Positions 37,233 to 46,737 of a stretch of DNA of 64,000 bases are shown here, piece after piece. The DNA is from a virus: the IMG/VR virus record IMGVR_UViG_3300006192_000008, positions 23,456 through 87,455 of that record; one strand, 5' to 3'. A model generated the notes under the pieces. It made no database searches and was not told the DNA's origin. It saw only the letters and a list, made by a program, of their open reading frames with translations. The position numbers and the translations under genes are program-made. Numbering within the stretch: position 1 is the first letter of the stretch; each line of letters starts with the position of its first letter.

Positions 37233-37397
37233 TCACTCATCTGGAAGAATCGTCCAGAATTGCGTATTTGGCACTGTATCCACTTCATGAGCGTATTCAA
37301 ATTTGAAGTCCTCCTCAGAATAGGGGAGGGTTGTTGTCAAATGGCAAACACATTCACTGACCAGTGGAGTACAGTGAGGACACTGTTTCTCTTTCAT
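37233..37397 (-). CDS. small CxxC hypothetical protein
   Basis: MKEKQCPHC...ECVC; start refined to ATG after AGGA. Confidence 0.55.
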   Translation of the reverse strand: MKEKQCPHCTPLVSECVCHLTTTLPYSEEDFKFEYAHEVDTVPNTQFWTILPDE

Positions 37398-37471
37398 TGG
37401 TAGTTCCTGTTTTGTGCGGTTGAAGGTGTCAGTATACACCCAAAAGCGTTCTTGTCAATAGATTTTGACTA

Positions 37472-37726
37472 TTATTTCAACTTTTCATTAAAATAATTTA
37501 TATAATCCAAATAACCCTTAGCTCGTTGGTAGTTCTGATTGATATTCACACCAATCTGTCCTGACTTACCATAGGACAACCAAACCCATTCCATGATTGC
37601 ACCTTCTTTAGGTTTTATAAACCTTCCACCTGATTTGTACTCTACTTCACACTCAAGCAACCCTTCAAACCATTCACTACGTTTGTACTTCTTAAACATT
37701 ATCTTTCTCCTCCAATCTTTTCTCAA
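37472..37726 (-). CDS. hypothetical protein
   Basis: ORF track; true start probably MFKKY. Confidence 0.6.
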   Translation of the reverse strand: MRKDWRRKIMFKKYKRSEWFEGLLECEVEYKSGGRFIKPKEGAIMEWVWLSYGKSGQIGVNINQNYQRAKGYLDYINYFNEKLK

Positions 37727-37880
37727 GAAACAAAATATACTCCATCAACTCCTCCACTTGCCTACTGACTCTCCAACTCTCTGAATTCCTATTCTCTCGA
37801 TAGCCTTCAAGAAGGCCGTGTGGCTTTCCTCCTTTGAGGAAGTGCTCAAGCATATCATTACGGTCTTGTACTAATTTCAA
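37692..37880 (-). CDS. hypothetical protein
   Basis: GGAG RBS, TTG start. Confidence 0.6.
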   Translation of the reverse strand: MKLVQDRNDMLEHFLKGGKPHGLLEGYRENRNSESWRVSRQVEELMEYILFLEKRLEEKDNV

Positions 37881-37889
37881 TACACTCTC

Positions 37890-38429
37890 CTAGAATGGGC
37901 CGTTATCACACCCAGAATCATCGTTATACGCATCTTTAGATGCACCCCAGTAGGGTAGCCTAGGCTCTGGTGTGATCGTTGATTTAAGGGGTGTTTTAGT
38001 AGGGATTTGACCCTTCCCAGACCACTCCTTAACAACCTTATTCTGCTTCACATCACTTCTCCAAAAGTCCTCTGGAATCTCTGGAAGTATTTCAGTATTA
38101 TCATTATCTACATACAAGATAATGTCAAGGACTTTCTCATATCTCCAATTCTTGTGTTGACCAGCTTGACCTTTATTGGCGACCATCAACCCACTGTCAA
38201 TAAATCCACGTATGATCCTACCAACCTGTTTCACACTCACACCACAAAGCTTGGCAATATCTTCTTGCTTGTCAAAATGCTTGTCAAAGAATGTGTTACG
38301 TTTCTTCATCACAACGTAGACGTTCTTGTCGTTAGCTGTCAGTTCTATCAGCTCACCCGTCTTAGGGCTAACGTAACCAGTCGCTCTCATCAGCACCTCT
38401 GGGTACTTGTAAAATAATGTCTGTTCCAA
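37890..38429 (-). CDS. winged-HTH DNA-binding protein, putative replication initiator
   Basis: LTANDKNVY...QEDIAKLCGVSVKQVGRIIRGF..GLM HTH; adjacent iteron-like array. Confidence 0.65.
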   Translation of the reverse strand: MEQTLFYKYPEVLMRATGYVSPKTGELIELTANDKNVYVVMKKRNTFFDKHFDKQEDIAKLCGVSVKQVGRIIRGFIDSGLMVANKGQAGQHKNWRYEKVLDIILYVDNDNTEILPEIPEDFWRSDVKQNKVVKEWSGKGQIPTKTPLKSTITPEPRLPYWGASKDAYNDDSGCDNGPF

Positions 38430-38619
38430 ATCTTCACCTCAGTTCTAAAGTTCTCTAGGTGGTGTCCTGTGGATCACCTTTCGTTTTGTATACTATCAAG
38501 CTGCATAAGTTTTACTAGGCATTCTACAATGAATGCTTGTCTTGACATTCCTCCTCTTTTCTTATCAACCCATTCCAAGATGGTAAATGGTAATTTTATG
38601 TTCATCAAACCTCCTCAAA

Positions 38620-38887
38620 GGACATACTGTCTCTGTCATGGGACACGAAGTCCTATAACGGTTTATCTTTCCTATCGCTTTGCTCTTACACAACAAATGA
38701 TGAAAAGAAGAAAAGCAAAAGCGCTGGATACGACTACAATCTTAAACAGATTGGTGTTAATCATCATAGGACTTTATGTCCTTTAATCTTTCTTTGTATA
38801 ATTCTATCTCTATTTTCTATCTCTCTATTGGGACTTCTTGTCCCTTAAATGTGGGACACGGTGTCCTATGACCTAGACAGGAAGTCC
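38620..38887. repeat. six GGAC-N5-GTCC palindromic sites (putative iterons/origin)
   Basis: Sites at 38620, 38641, 38769, 38831, 38854, 38875 with AT-rich spacer. Confidence 0.7.
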
Positions 38888-39276
38888 TATGACCCTCCAT
38901 TCACATACCCAAAGTAGTCCTTCAAAATCCAGCACATCTTAGACCACAAATCGAAGCTGCGCTTTTCCATATCTGCCAACCCTGTACCAATTCCTGCTGC
39001 TGGAAACACAATTGTATGTGTCTTAGACAGCTTGTACAACCCGCGCAGGTCATTCAGCACACAGTCAAATTCATCTTCTTTATCAGAGAAGAATGCCCAA
39101 TTATCCATACTCGGATAACGCTTTGTTGCAATACCGTAAGCATTTGGTTCATCTCTAATCACAGCTTGTCCACGCTTACCATAGCGCTTCATGTTGTCAC
39201 CAAAGACATAAATCTTCTCTGGATTAGCACGCAACAGCCTCTCTGTAAACAGCCTTTCTTCAATTTCTACATTCAT
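38887..39276 (-). CDS. conserved phage protein (YVFGDN...GQA.IR family, macro-like fold suspected)
   Basis: NP..IYVFGDN, GIATK, FP..GIGTGLA motifs. Confidence 0.7.
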   Translation of the reverse strand: MNVEIEERLFTERLLRANPEKIYVFGDNMKRYGKRGQAVIRDEPNAYGIATKRYPSMDNWAFFSDKEDEFDCVLNDLRGLYKLSKTHTIVFPAAGIGTGLADMEKRSFDLWSKMCWILKDYFGYVNGGS

Positions 39277-39305
39277 ATAAGCCTCCTTTTATAAGCTTGC
39301 CACTA

Positions 39306-39403
39306 ATCATACACCCATTTCCTCAGAATGCAACCCTCATCAGAAAATAATTTACAAGAATCTTCTCCATACCTCTTGACTCTCAGGAATATTGCTGTAG
39401 AAT
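39306..39403. promoter_or_regulatory. divergent sigma70-like promoters at strand switch
   Basis: Minus TTGCAT-N16-TATGAT; plus TTGACT-N16-TAGAAT. Confidence 0.6.
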
Positions 39404-39437
39404 GGTAGCCACATTAAGCAAATCCTAGGAGGATAAA

Positions 39438-39791
39438 ATGAAAGCGTATGTTGTTAGTGATGACGAATATTGCACCATTGAATTTGCTGAACACAGGGCA
39501 ACTGCCCAAGCAAATGGTGCGAATGAGCTGAACAGCGAATTTATCTATGTGCGTTGTCGCAGAGCACCGGAATTTGATCAGTATGCAGAAGCTCGTAAGG
39601 TGCCGTGGAAGGTTTTGATTGAAGAACATGGCTGGTCGCAAGAATGTGGATTTTGTTACAAACGAGTGTATTCAGATGAAGAAGGTCGTGTCTACAATGA
39701 TGGTGAAGACCAAGCTTATTGCAATAGTGAATGTATGCATAAAGCCAAGGAACAAGAAGCTAAATACCTTGAAATGGTCAAGGCTCTATGA
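39438..39791 (+). CDS. hypothetical protein (CxxC motifs)
   Basis: AGGAGG RBS; GW..EC..C...YC...C. Confidence 0.75.
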   Translation: MKAYVVSDDEYCTIEFAEHRATAQANGANELNSEFIYVRCRRAPEFDQYAEARKVPWKVLIEEHGWSQECGFCYKRVYSDEEGRVYNDGEDQAYCNSECMHKAKEQEAKYLEMVKAL

Positions 39792-39960
39792 CCTCTAAAG
39801 AACACACCTACACCAAAGGATCATGGGAGATTGTCACACAAGAAATAAAAGCCCATCTTGGAATAAACTGCTTGACACCTGAGCTTGCGAAGACTATCCT
39901 AGCACTGTACATCAAAGGTGCCAGTGTAACAGAGATTATTAAACAATTGGAGGAAGAGAA

Positions 39961-40146
39961 ATGAGTGATGTAGAGTGTGAAATCAGGTGGGAAGATGTGA
40001 ACACGTTTTCGTGGAAAGAACTACATGGCAAACAAGTCCACGTAATCGTAGTTGAAGACAGTGGTGTGCAGAGTGCTACGTTGTATGATAGTGTCACTCA
40101 AGAGTTTTTCGTTGTCAGTGTTAAACAAATAGGAGAAAATAAATGA
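39961..40146 (+). CDS. hypothetical protein
   Basis: GGAGG RBS. Confidence 0.65.
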   Translation: MSDVECEIRWEDVNTFSWKELHGKQVHVIVVEDSGVQSATLYDSVTQEFFVVSVKQIGENK

Positions 40147-40418
40147 ATCTGTTTAAAGTAGAGAATTACCCTGAGTGTGGCATTAAAGATAAAATCATCC
40201 TTAAACTTTTGGAAGAGCTTGCTGATGCACAAAGGAGCAGCGCCTCTTGTGGTTATGAATGGAATCTTGCATTTGACTTAGAACTGATGAGTCCAATATG
40301 GACTAAGTTAGATTTTGTGACTTACTATATCCCACACAGTGTAGGGGAAATAAATGATCACAACAACCATAATCATCCTATACTGCATCATCGGCTTTAT
40401 ATTCCACGTAGGTATTAA
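40143..40418 (+). CDS. hypothetical protein
   Basis: AGGAG RBS; C-terminus overlaps next gene. Confidence 0.55.
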   Translation: MNLFKVENYPECGIKDKIILKLLEELADAQRSSASCGYEWNLAFDLELMSPIWTKLDFVTYYIPHSVGEINDHNNHNHPILHHRLYIPRRY

Positions 40419-40557
40419 GAAAGAAGCATCACAAGATACAAGTGGTGATTTGGATAAGCTGAGTCCAATGTTTGTCAGCATTATGATTTGGGGAGCAAGC
40501 ATGCTCTGGCCTTTGTTGATTGCCGGAGCTATCATTCGTAAATTTAAAGGGGAATAA
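40354..40557 (+). CDS. small membrane protein
   Basis: Two hydrophobic segments, LWP motif. Confidence 0.65.
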   Translation: MITTTIIILYCIIGFIFHVGIKKEASQDTSGDLDKLSPMFVSIMIWGASMLWPLLIAGAIIRKFKGE

Positions 40558-40560
40558 ATA

Positions 40561-40947
40561 ATGAGTAAGAAATTAATCATCTCAGCACGCACATGGAGCA
40601 CCTTTGTAGAATCTCTGAAAGGTAATCTTAAGCACAACTTTGGTATTTGCGAAAAGACCTTGTTTAAGAATGGTTACTATACTGCTGTATTGACCAGCGG
40701 CATTGACAAAGCGTATGTAAGCAGACTTAATACAGTCACTGGAGAAGAAATCGAGTCCACGCTAGACCTCTGTGACTTCCTTGGGAGTTGTCTTGTTCCA
40801 TTCCCACAAGAGCTTATGACACGGATGAAAGAGATTGCAGGGAAGGCTGAAGATAATAAGGCGATTGATTTGGAGAAGGTATTGCCAAAAGAGAATGTAG
40901 AGCTTAAAATTCAACGTAAACCACGCACACGCAAATCAAAACAGTAA
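40561..40947 (+). CDS. hypothetical protein
   Basis: ORF in + operon. Confidence 0.7.
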   Translation: MSKKLIISARTWSTFVESLKGNLKHNFGICEKTLFKNGYYTAVLTSGIDKAYVSRLNTVTGEEIESTLDLCDFLGSCLVPFPQELMTRMKEIAGKAEDNKAIDLEKVLPKENVELKIQRKPRTRKSKQ

Positions 40948-40956
40948 GGAGTAATT

Positions 40957-41418
40957 ATGGAATCTGTAACAGTCGTAGAGGTAAACCCATACACCTTCGT
41001 ATCGGAGGTAGTAAAGGCTATTCAGCAAGGGTTCTATGTAGAGTCATCAAATCGTGGGTGGCTTTTAGAGACACACCTAAAGGAAATTAACTTGTATCAA
41101 AACCCAGGTAAGGTTTTTGAAGAGAAAGAGCTTGGTGAGTTTGTTATCTCTGACTACAGTGCTCAAAACTTCTTGTATGAACTTTGCTCTTGGGTGGGTA
41201 TTGGTGCTCATCTGGATATCAACTCACTTTTTTGGGATATTACAGGAATCAAGAGTATTCGTGGGAAGCTGTACTTGCCTGCTGAATATACCAAGGAACA
41301 GCTTAGTGAGTTAGATTGGACTGACTTCAAAGAGGCTGTCAAGATAATTGGTATTACTGGCCGGGATCGTAATCTTATGCTGACAAAATATTTACAAAAC
41401 ACTGGGCAGGAGGTTTGA
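40957..41418 (+). CDS. hypothetical protein
   Basis: AAGGAG RBS. Confidence 0.75.
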   Translation: MESVTVVEVNPYTFVSEVVKAIQQGFYVESSNRGWLLETHLKEINLYQNPGKVFEEKELGEFVISDYSAQNFLYELCSWVGIGAHLDINSLFWDITGIKSIRGKLYLPAEYTKEQLSELDWTDFKEAVKIIGITGRDRNLMLTKYLQNTGQEV

Positions 41419-41419
41419 T

Positions 41420-41695
41420 ATGAAATTCAAGGTTGAAGACAACTGGGGTATGATTGAAATTGTCTTTGAAGACGGTTCAAAGTCTAAACTTCGTGGACAG
41501 ATGGTTGAGTGGAACGGCACTGTTGGGCGTATTTGGAGTGTCTCAGATAAATCATCTCATAACGGCGGTCACGGTATGGGTCAAATGACTTCTAGCCAAG
41601 CAGTAATAGCCACTAAAGATATGAATATTGTACCTGTGAAGCTTGCTTGGGATGCAGGATTTGAATTGAACATGCTGGGAAGTTATGGGTTATGA
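41420..41695 (+). CDS. hypothetical protein
   Basis: GGAGG RBS. Confidence 0.7.
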   Translation: MKFKVEDNWGMIEIVFEDGSKSKLRGQMVEWNGTVGRIWSVSDKSSHNGGHGMGQMTSSQAVIATKDMNIVPVKLAWDAGFELNMLGSYGL

Positions 41696-41934
41696 ACATC
41701 AATCAAATACAGTTCTTGCGTGACCTCGATAAAGAAGGCACCTTCGGTACAGTGCAGAATGTCTTGATGAGTGGTGACTTATCCACCACACCTTTCGAAA
41801 ACGTAGCAAAATACTTGCTAACGTGCATGAAAGATGAGAGGATGACATTGCTTGCTGAGAATGAAAGGATGAGGAAAGCTTTGCAGAAGGCCGGTCTTTA
41901 TACGAATGAGATAGCTTTGGGTAGGGAGGGTTGA
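41692..41934 (+). CDS. hypothetical protein
   Basis: ATGA overlap. Confidence 0.7.
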   Translation: MNINQIQFLRDLDKEGTFGTVQNVLMSGDLSTTPFENVAKYLLTCMKDERMTLLAENERMRKALQKAGLYTNEIALGREG

Positions 41935-41935
41935 T

Positions 41936-42340
41936 ATGAGTTATTACTATATGTTCAGTCAAGGTCAGTATTCCGATTACTGTGTTGGTGGACTTTATAA
42001 GAGTGAGCAGGAACTAGACGAGACATATTTCATTGAGTATGTCAGAGCAATGCTTCTGAGTCAGATTGATTCTGAGTGGAAAGAAGCTGTTGACTTTATC
42101 ACTAATTGGGAATTACAAGATATTTGCACAATCACTAACAATAGACTGGTCACAGAAAGCTTGTTTGAGCTTCACGCTGGTAAATGTCCTACTTGGGGAG
42201 ATAAAGAAGGTCGTAAGTTGTGGGGTGATGCCTACTGCAAGTGGCTGAATGAACAAGCTATTGAACTAAACTACATTGCGAAACTCTTGGAAGAGGGAAT
42301 CTTGGTTAAAGTTGAATATCAAGAAATCTGGGAGGGTTAG
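41936..42340 (+). CDS. hypothetical protein
   Basis: GGAGG RBS; GQYSDY motif. Confidence 0.7.
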   Translation: MSYYYMFSQGQYSDYCVGGLYKSEQELDETYFIEYVRAMLLSQIDSEWKEAVDFITNWELQDICTITNNRLVTESLFELHAGKCPTWGDKEGRKLWGDAYCKWLNEQAIELNYIAKLLEEGILVKVEYQEIWEG

Positions 42341-42628
42341 ATGAAAGACTTACTTCGTAATAGCATGTTGGCGTTATATTCTGACAATGACACGATCTAT
42401 GACGCACTTTTACAGGTGGACTGGTCTAAGCTCAATTATAAGTTCCAACAAGAGCTTTTCCTTCGCATAAGTCCAGACCGATTCTATGCTATGGATGAAG
42501 TGCTCCGCAGCGATGCTTATATTGAGTACCGCGATGCAATCGACAGGGCCGCTCAGGCGTGCTCTAATGATCTTGCAAACTTACTTGAGTTTGTTGTTTC
42601 TGAGAATGAGAATGGAGGTGCAAATTGA
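42341..42628 (+). CDS. hypothetical protein
   Basis: GGAGG RBS. Confidence 0.7.
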   Translation: MKDLLRNSMLALYSDNDTIYDALLQVDWSKLNYKFQQELFLRISPDRFYAMDEVLRSDAYIEYRDAIDRAAQACSNDLANLLEFVVSENENGGAN

Positions 42629-42786
42629 CAGAAGAAGATAAGGCAATCCTTAAACTAATCAGCCTCGCAATTCAGGGTGCTAGGGTAGAAAGTGAATACA
42701 ATAACCCTGTTGATGCAGTACATGATGTTATGACTCTCTGTGAGATTGCAGGGATTATTGCTACTGAACTAGAAGTGGAGGTGTAA
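42625..42786 (+). CDS. hypothetical protein (53 aa)
   Basis: Read manually; GGAGGT RBS, TTG start overlapping upstream stop. Confidence 0.5.
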   Translation: MTEEDKAILKLISLAIQGARVESEYNNPVDAVHDVMTLCEIAGIIATELEVEV

Positions 42787-42787
42787 T

Positions 42788-43609
42788 TTGGGCGGACATA
42801 ATCGTAACTTCGTTGTAGCAATTGATGGTGAAGAAGTGCAGGTGCCTCGCAAGCGTGTTCGCAAAAATAAGGTTGGCGGTACACCTACTTCTAACCCCAA
42901 ATTTGATGGAGAGAAAGAGTTTAATTCTATGCATTTTGTTCCTATCGGCCCTGCACAGACGTTGGGTGCAGAATATCTGAAAGAAGGACGAAAAATTGTC
43001 TGCTTGCAGGGGCCGGCTGGTGGTGGTAAATCTATTCTTGCTGCTTGGCATGCTGCCAATCTACTTAAAGAGAAGCGGATTGATAAGCTATATCTAGTAC
43101 GCCCTTACGAATCTTGTGGTCGTACAATTGGTGCGGTTCCGGGCACCGAGAAAGAAAAATTGGCCGTTATTTTTACAAGCATCCTTGAGCATCTGAAGAA
43201 ATTTCTTGGTAAAACGCAACTTGCTTACATGTTAGAGAAAAATGTAATCGAGTTCAAAAGTGTCGAATGGATGCGTGGTTTCAGTTTTGAAGATGGTTGC
43301 TTTGTTCTTTGTGAAGAAAGTCAAGGTTTTGACACGGATCTTATGCAAATGTTGACTACTCGTATTGGTGATGGTGCTCAACTTTGTCTAACTGGTGATG
43401 AACGTCAAAAGGATATTCGCAAAGTTACAGGTTTAAGTTACCTGAATGCAATGCTAGAGAGTGTAGTTAAGAATCCACCAAGCTACTTGGATAAAGAGGA
43501 TGTTGACCAACTGGTAAATAATATTGGTTTTGTTAATTTTACTTTTGAGGATAGTGGTCGTCGAAGTAAGTTGACTAAAGCGCTTGTTAAACTTTTCTAC
43601 CATGAGTGA
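42788..43609 (+). CDS. phoH: PhoH-like ATPase
   Basis: GPAGGGKS, G.VPG...EK, MRGFSF, EESQ, TRIG, GD..Q.D motifs. Confidence 0.9.
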   Translation: MGGHNRNFVVAIDGEEVQVPRKRVRKNKVGGTPTSNPKFDGEKEFNSMHFVPIGPAQTLGAEYLKEGRKIVCLQGPAGGGKSILAAWHAANLLKEKRIDKLYLVRPYESCGRTIGAVPGTEKEKLAVIFTSILEHLKKFLGKTQLAYMLEKNVIEFKSVEWMRGFSFEDGCFVLCEESQGFDTDLMQMLTTRIGDGAQLCLTGDERQKDIRKVTGLSYLNAMLESVVKNPPSYLDKEDVDQLVNNIGFVNFTFEDSGRRSKLTKALVKLFYHE

Positions 43610-43620
43610 GGTAACTTAAT

Positions 43621-44472
43621 TTGACTACAAGTGCAGGTTTGATAGGTAACAGGTTCGGTGAGTTAGTAGTAATTTCTCTTGCTGAACCTGTTCTCATAGG
43701 AAAGAGGAAGGATGTAAGAAAAAGGGTAAATGTAATATGCTCTTGCGGGAAAGAATATATAGTATCCGAGAGGTCGTTGCACGAAACATCTAGTTGTGGT
43801 TGCGTAAAACCATCTCTGCGAGACAAAAGAAACTTAACAGGTAGTAGCTTTGGGAGGTGGACTGTAATTTCTGAGTCGGAGGATAAGGCAAGCAATGGCT
43901 CTTACAAATTCAATGCAATTTGTACATGTGGAACTATATCTGTAGTAGAAAGAGGGAACCTGCTAAAAGGAAATTCAAATTCCTGCGGTTGTTTACAAAA
44001 GGAGGAGCTTGCAGAGAAGAATAGAACTCATGGAGAGAGTAAAACTCCCGCTTATGTTTCGTGGTCTGGTATGTTATACAGATGTGACAACAATTCTAGG
44101 AACTATGAAGATGTCAATGTTTGCGATAGATGGCACCCTGAACGGGGTGGCTCCTTTGAGAACTTCCTAGAGGATATGGGGCAACCTCCAGAAGAGATTG
44201 GATACTCTATAAACAGAATCAGAGGAGCGAAGGAATACAACAAGGAAAATTGTGAATGGGCAGATAAAAGTTTGCAGGGGTATGACCAACGACTGAGTGT
44301 AAGGAATACAACAGGACGTTGTGGGGTGCATATTTCGAGAGAAGGTAAATACAGAGCTAAGATTACAAAGAACTGTGAACACATTATACTTGGTGATTTT
44401 GAAACGTTTGAAGAGGCTGTAAAAGCCAGAGAAGAAGCAGAACTTAAATATTATGGTTTTATTAAGGAGTGA
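43621..44472 (+). CDS. free-standing HNH/AP2-domain homing endonuclease
   Basis: Repeated FG.L.V...C.CG..SCGC, W..M..RC, FLEDMG, NCEW, C-terminal AP2 (LG.F...EEA..AR). Confidence 0.8.
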   Translation: MTTSAGLIGNRFGELVVISLAEPVLIGKRKDVRKRVNVICSCGKEYIVSERSLHETSSCGCVKPSLRDKRNLTGSSFGRWTVISESEDKASNGSYKFNAICTCGTISVVERGNLLKGNSNSCGCLQKEELAEKNRTHGESKTPAYVSWSGMLYRCDNNSRNYEDVNVCDRWHPERGGSFENFLEDMGQPPEEIGYSINRIRGAKEYNKENCEWADKSLQGYDQRLSVRNTTGRCGVHISREGKYRAKITKNCEHIILGDFETFEEAVKAREEAELKYYGFIKE

Positions 44473-44475
44473 TTT

Positions 44476-45252
44476 ATGAGCGATAACGATTTCAAGCTTC
44501 TACCAATGATGCAGGCAACCAACACATTCACAACTGAAGTTCGTGGTACTCAATTCACCTACTACCTTACAGGCCCAATTGAAGCTCCTGAGAATTATGT
44601 GGATTTGTGCAATATTCTCCGCACTGCTGGCCCCCAAGATGAAGTAATCATCCGAATAAATTCGAGAGGGGGTTTTGTGTCATCTGAGAGAATGATTGTA
44701 AACGCGATTATGGAATCTCAGGCAAATGTCAAGGGGTTTATCGAGTATGACTGTATGTCGGCTGCTACAGGTATATTCTTGGCGTGCTCTGCACATGGAT
44801 GGGGTGAGCATATTCAATTTATGGCACATTGCGCGTGGTGGGGATCAGTAGGCAAGAATCCAGACGTGAAGTCACAGACAGAGTTTGGAATTAAGCAGAT
44901 GGAAGAGGAGATTGAGACTACTTATCAGGGTCTGTTGTCACCAGAGGAAATCGCTCAGTGTAATGACGGGAAAGAGTTCTGGTTTGGTGCAAAAGAGCTT
45001 GAAGAGCGTATGATGCGTTTCTACGACTACCATGCTGAACAAGGTTGTGATGATCCCGAATGCGAGAATTGCAACCAAGAATCTATGCCTTCTATTGACA
45101 ACATCATCACCGAAGCTGTAGCATCTGGTGTAGAACAAGGGTTGGCTGCTTTACTGAAGAAATATGATTTGGTGGAGAAGCCTAAGCCAGAGAAGAAGGC
45201 TCCACGAGCTAAGAAAGTAATTTCTAACAAAGAGGACATTTTCGTAGGATAA
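44476..45252 (+). CDS. ClpP-like protease
   Basis: INSRGG, CMSAAT (Ser), FMAH (His) motifs. Confidence 0.8.
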   Translation: MSDNDFKLLPMMQATNTFTTEVRGTQFTYYLTGPIEAPENYVDLCNILRTAGPQDEVIIRINSRGGFVSSERMIVNAIMESQANVKGFIEYDCMSAATGIFLACSAHGWGEHIQFMAHCAWWGSVGKNPDVKSQTEFGIKQMEEEIETTYQGLLSPEEIAQCNDGKEFWFGAKELEERMMRFYDYHAEQGCDDPECENCNQESMPSIDNIITEAVASGVEQGLAALLKKYDLVEKPKPEKKAPRAKKVISNKEDIFVG

Positions 45253-45312
45253 CAGTTGACAACAATATGTGGAGTGCTTTATCATGGCTCCACATTCAAC
45301 GAAGGAGGATTT

Positions 45313-45582
45313 ATGAAAAAGAAATCATGGACACTCAAAAGGTTCCTATCAGATGAAGCAACAGAATCCGGTAGCATTGTTTGCACACTCCGACAACCAA
45401 AAGATGATGACGGTTGGGTTTGTGCAAGTGTAATGGTGAGAGATTGTTATAAAGAACCTGTTGAGTTAGAATTTGGTTGGTACGCGGGCAAGAAGAAGCA
45501 GAAAGCCAAACGTATTAAGAAAATTAATTTGATGATTGAAAGCCTTGAGAAATTCAAGGAAGCTTTGGAGGAAGCCAAATGA
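45313..45582 (+). CDS. hypothetical protein
   Basis: Start refined after AAGGAGG; TTGACA promoter at 45256. Confidence 0.7.
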   Translation: MKKKSWTLKRFLSDEATESGSIVCTLRQPKDDDGWVCASVMVRDCYKEPVELEFGWYAGKKKQKAKRIKKINLMIESLEKFKEALEEAK

Positions 45583-45878
45583 ACAAATATTCAAAGCAAC
45601 GTAAGATCATCAGCGCAAGTAAATACATGCGTATCTACAATGACAACCTAGACAAAGTTGGCACAGCTCTTGTGTTCAAGACATATAATCAGGGTTGGAT
45701 TAATAGTCTCTCTGCTGTTAAAGTAGGTAACTTCGTATATTGTACTCTGCCTTGTAAGCACCAGAATGGTAGCAGGCTTGAAACCTTCTGCATTAAATAT
45801 AACGTAGAAGATAGTCCTCTGGACAATATTGTCTTCGTGAGTTACCCTAAGCCCGTACAACCAAAGGTGGAATTTTAA
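45579..45878 (+). CDS. hypothetical protein
   Basis: ATGA overlap. Confidence 0.65.
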   Translation: MNKYSKQRKIISASKYMRIYNDNLDKVGTALVFKTYNQGWINSLSAVKVGNFVYCTLPCKHQNGSRLETFCIKYNVEDSPLDNIVFVSYPKPVQPKVEF

Positions 45879-45989
45879 TAATGATCGAACTAGAATATGA
45901 CGAATTCCTTGATCTAATGTCCCACCAGCAAAGTTGGATTGCCTGTGAATTAGGTGAGAGTTTGAGTGAAGCCTTGATGGAGGAGATGA

Positions 45990-46280
45990 ATGAAAGCAAC
46001 TGAAATTAAAGTTACGATTGTAGAAGCTAGTGAAGTTGACAACTACGATGAGGACGAAGGTTTCAGTTTTAGACACCCTGCAAAATTCTACTTCGTCAAC
46101 GGACTAGGTCAATATGTGTATGTTCACACACGAGACATGAAAGTGGTTACTGAGTACATCAAAGAACACTATGATGGGAAGTACAGCGTGAGGACTGCAA
46201 AACAAAGCAATGGTAGTGGGAGTTATACTTGTGTTGGCACAGCTACGCGAGCACGACCTTCAAGTAGGCCGCCAAAATGA
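45990..46280 (+). CDS. hypothetical protein
   Basis: GGAGG RBS. Confidence 0.7.
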   Translation: MKATEIKVTIVEASEVDNYDEDEGFSFRHPAKFYFVNGLGQYVYVHTRDMKVVTEYIKEHYDGKYSVRTAKQSNGSGSYTCVGTATRARPSSRPPK

Positions 46281-46684
46281 AGGATAAGTACGCACAAGCT
46301 CTAATGGGTATGGCGGTTAGGTTTGGAGAAACGTCTACAGCAGAAAGGTTAAAAGTGGGAAGTCTTATTTATAAGAATAACTCTATAATCAGCTTGGGTG
46401 TAAACGGCCAGCCTCCGGGCTGGAGTACAGAGGTATGTGAGGACGAAGAAGGTAAGACACTGAGCACAGTACGCCACTCAGAAGCAGCCGCTCTTGAGAA
46501 GCTATACTTGAGCACAGAGACTTCTGAAGGTGCTGAGATGTTCATTTCACACATGCCGTGTTTGAATTGTAGTTTGAAGATTGTTGCAGCTAAGATTAAG
46601 ACAGTGTATTATCGTCACCCATATCGCTGTACGCAAGGGATTGAATATTTGAAGAAAAATGGTGTTGAAGTTTATCAGATTTGA
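46277..46684 (+). CDS. dCMP deaminase
   Basis: KVG...G.NG.P.G, HSE, PCLNC zinc motifs. Confidence 0.9.
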   Translation: MKDKYAQALMGMAVRFGETSTAERLKVGSLIYKNNSIISLGVNGQPPGWSTEVCEDEEGKTLSTVRHSEAAALEKLYLSTETSEGAEMFISHMPCLNCSLKIVAAKIKTVYYRHPYRCTQGIEYLKKNGVEVYQI

Positions 46685-46737
46685 TATACACTCACTATTA
46701 GTGACTTTGTTTAAGAAAAGATAAACCGGGAGGATTT

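Noticed and set aside
38469-38786. 105-aa + ORF
   Set aside because: Overlaps the palindromic repeat array, no RBS, atypical composition; likely non-coding
38620-38887. Possible CRISPR or mini-array
   Set aside because: Repeats are 13-bp gapped palindromes with irregular short spacing; no cas genes or constant 25-40 bp repeats anywhere in the window
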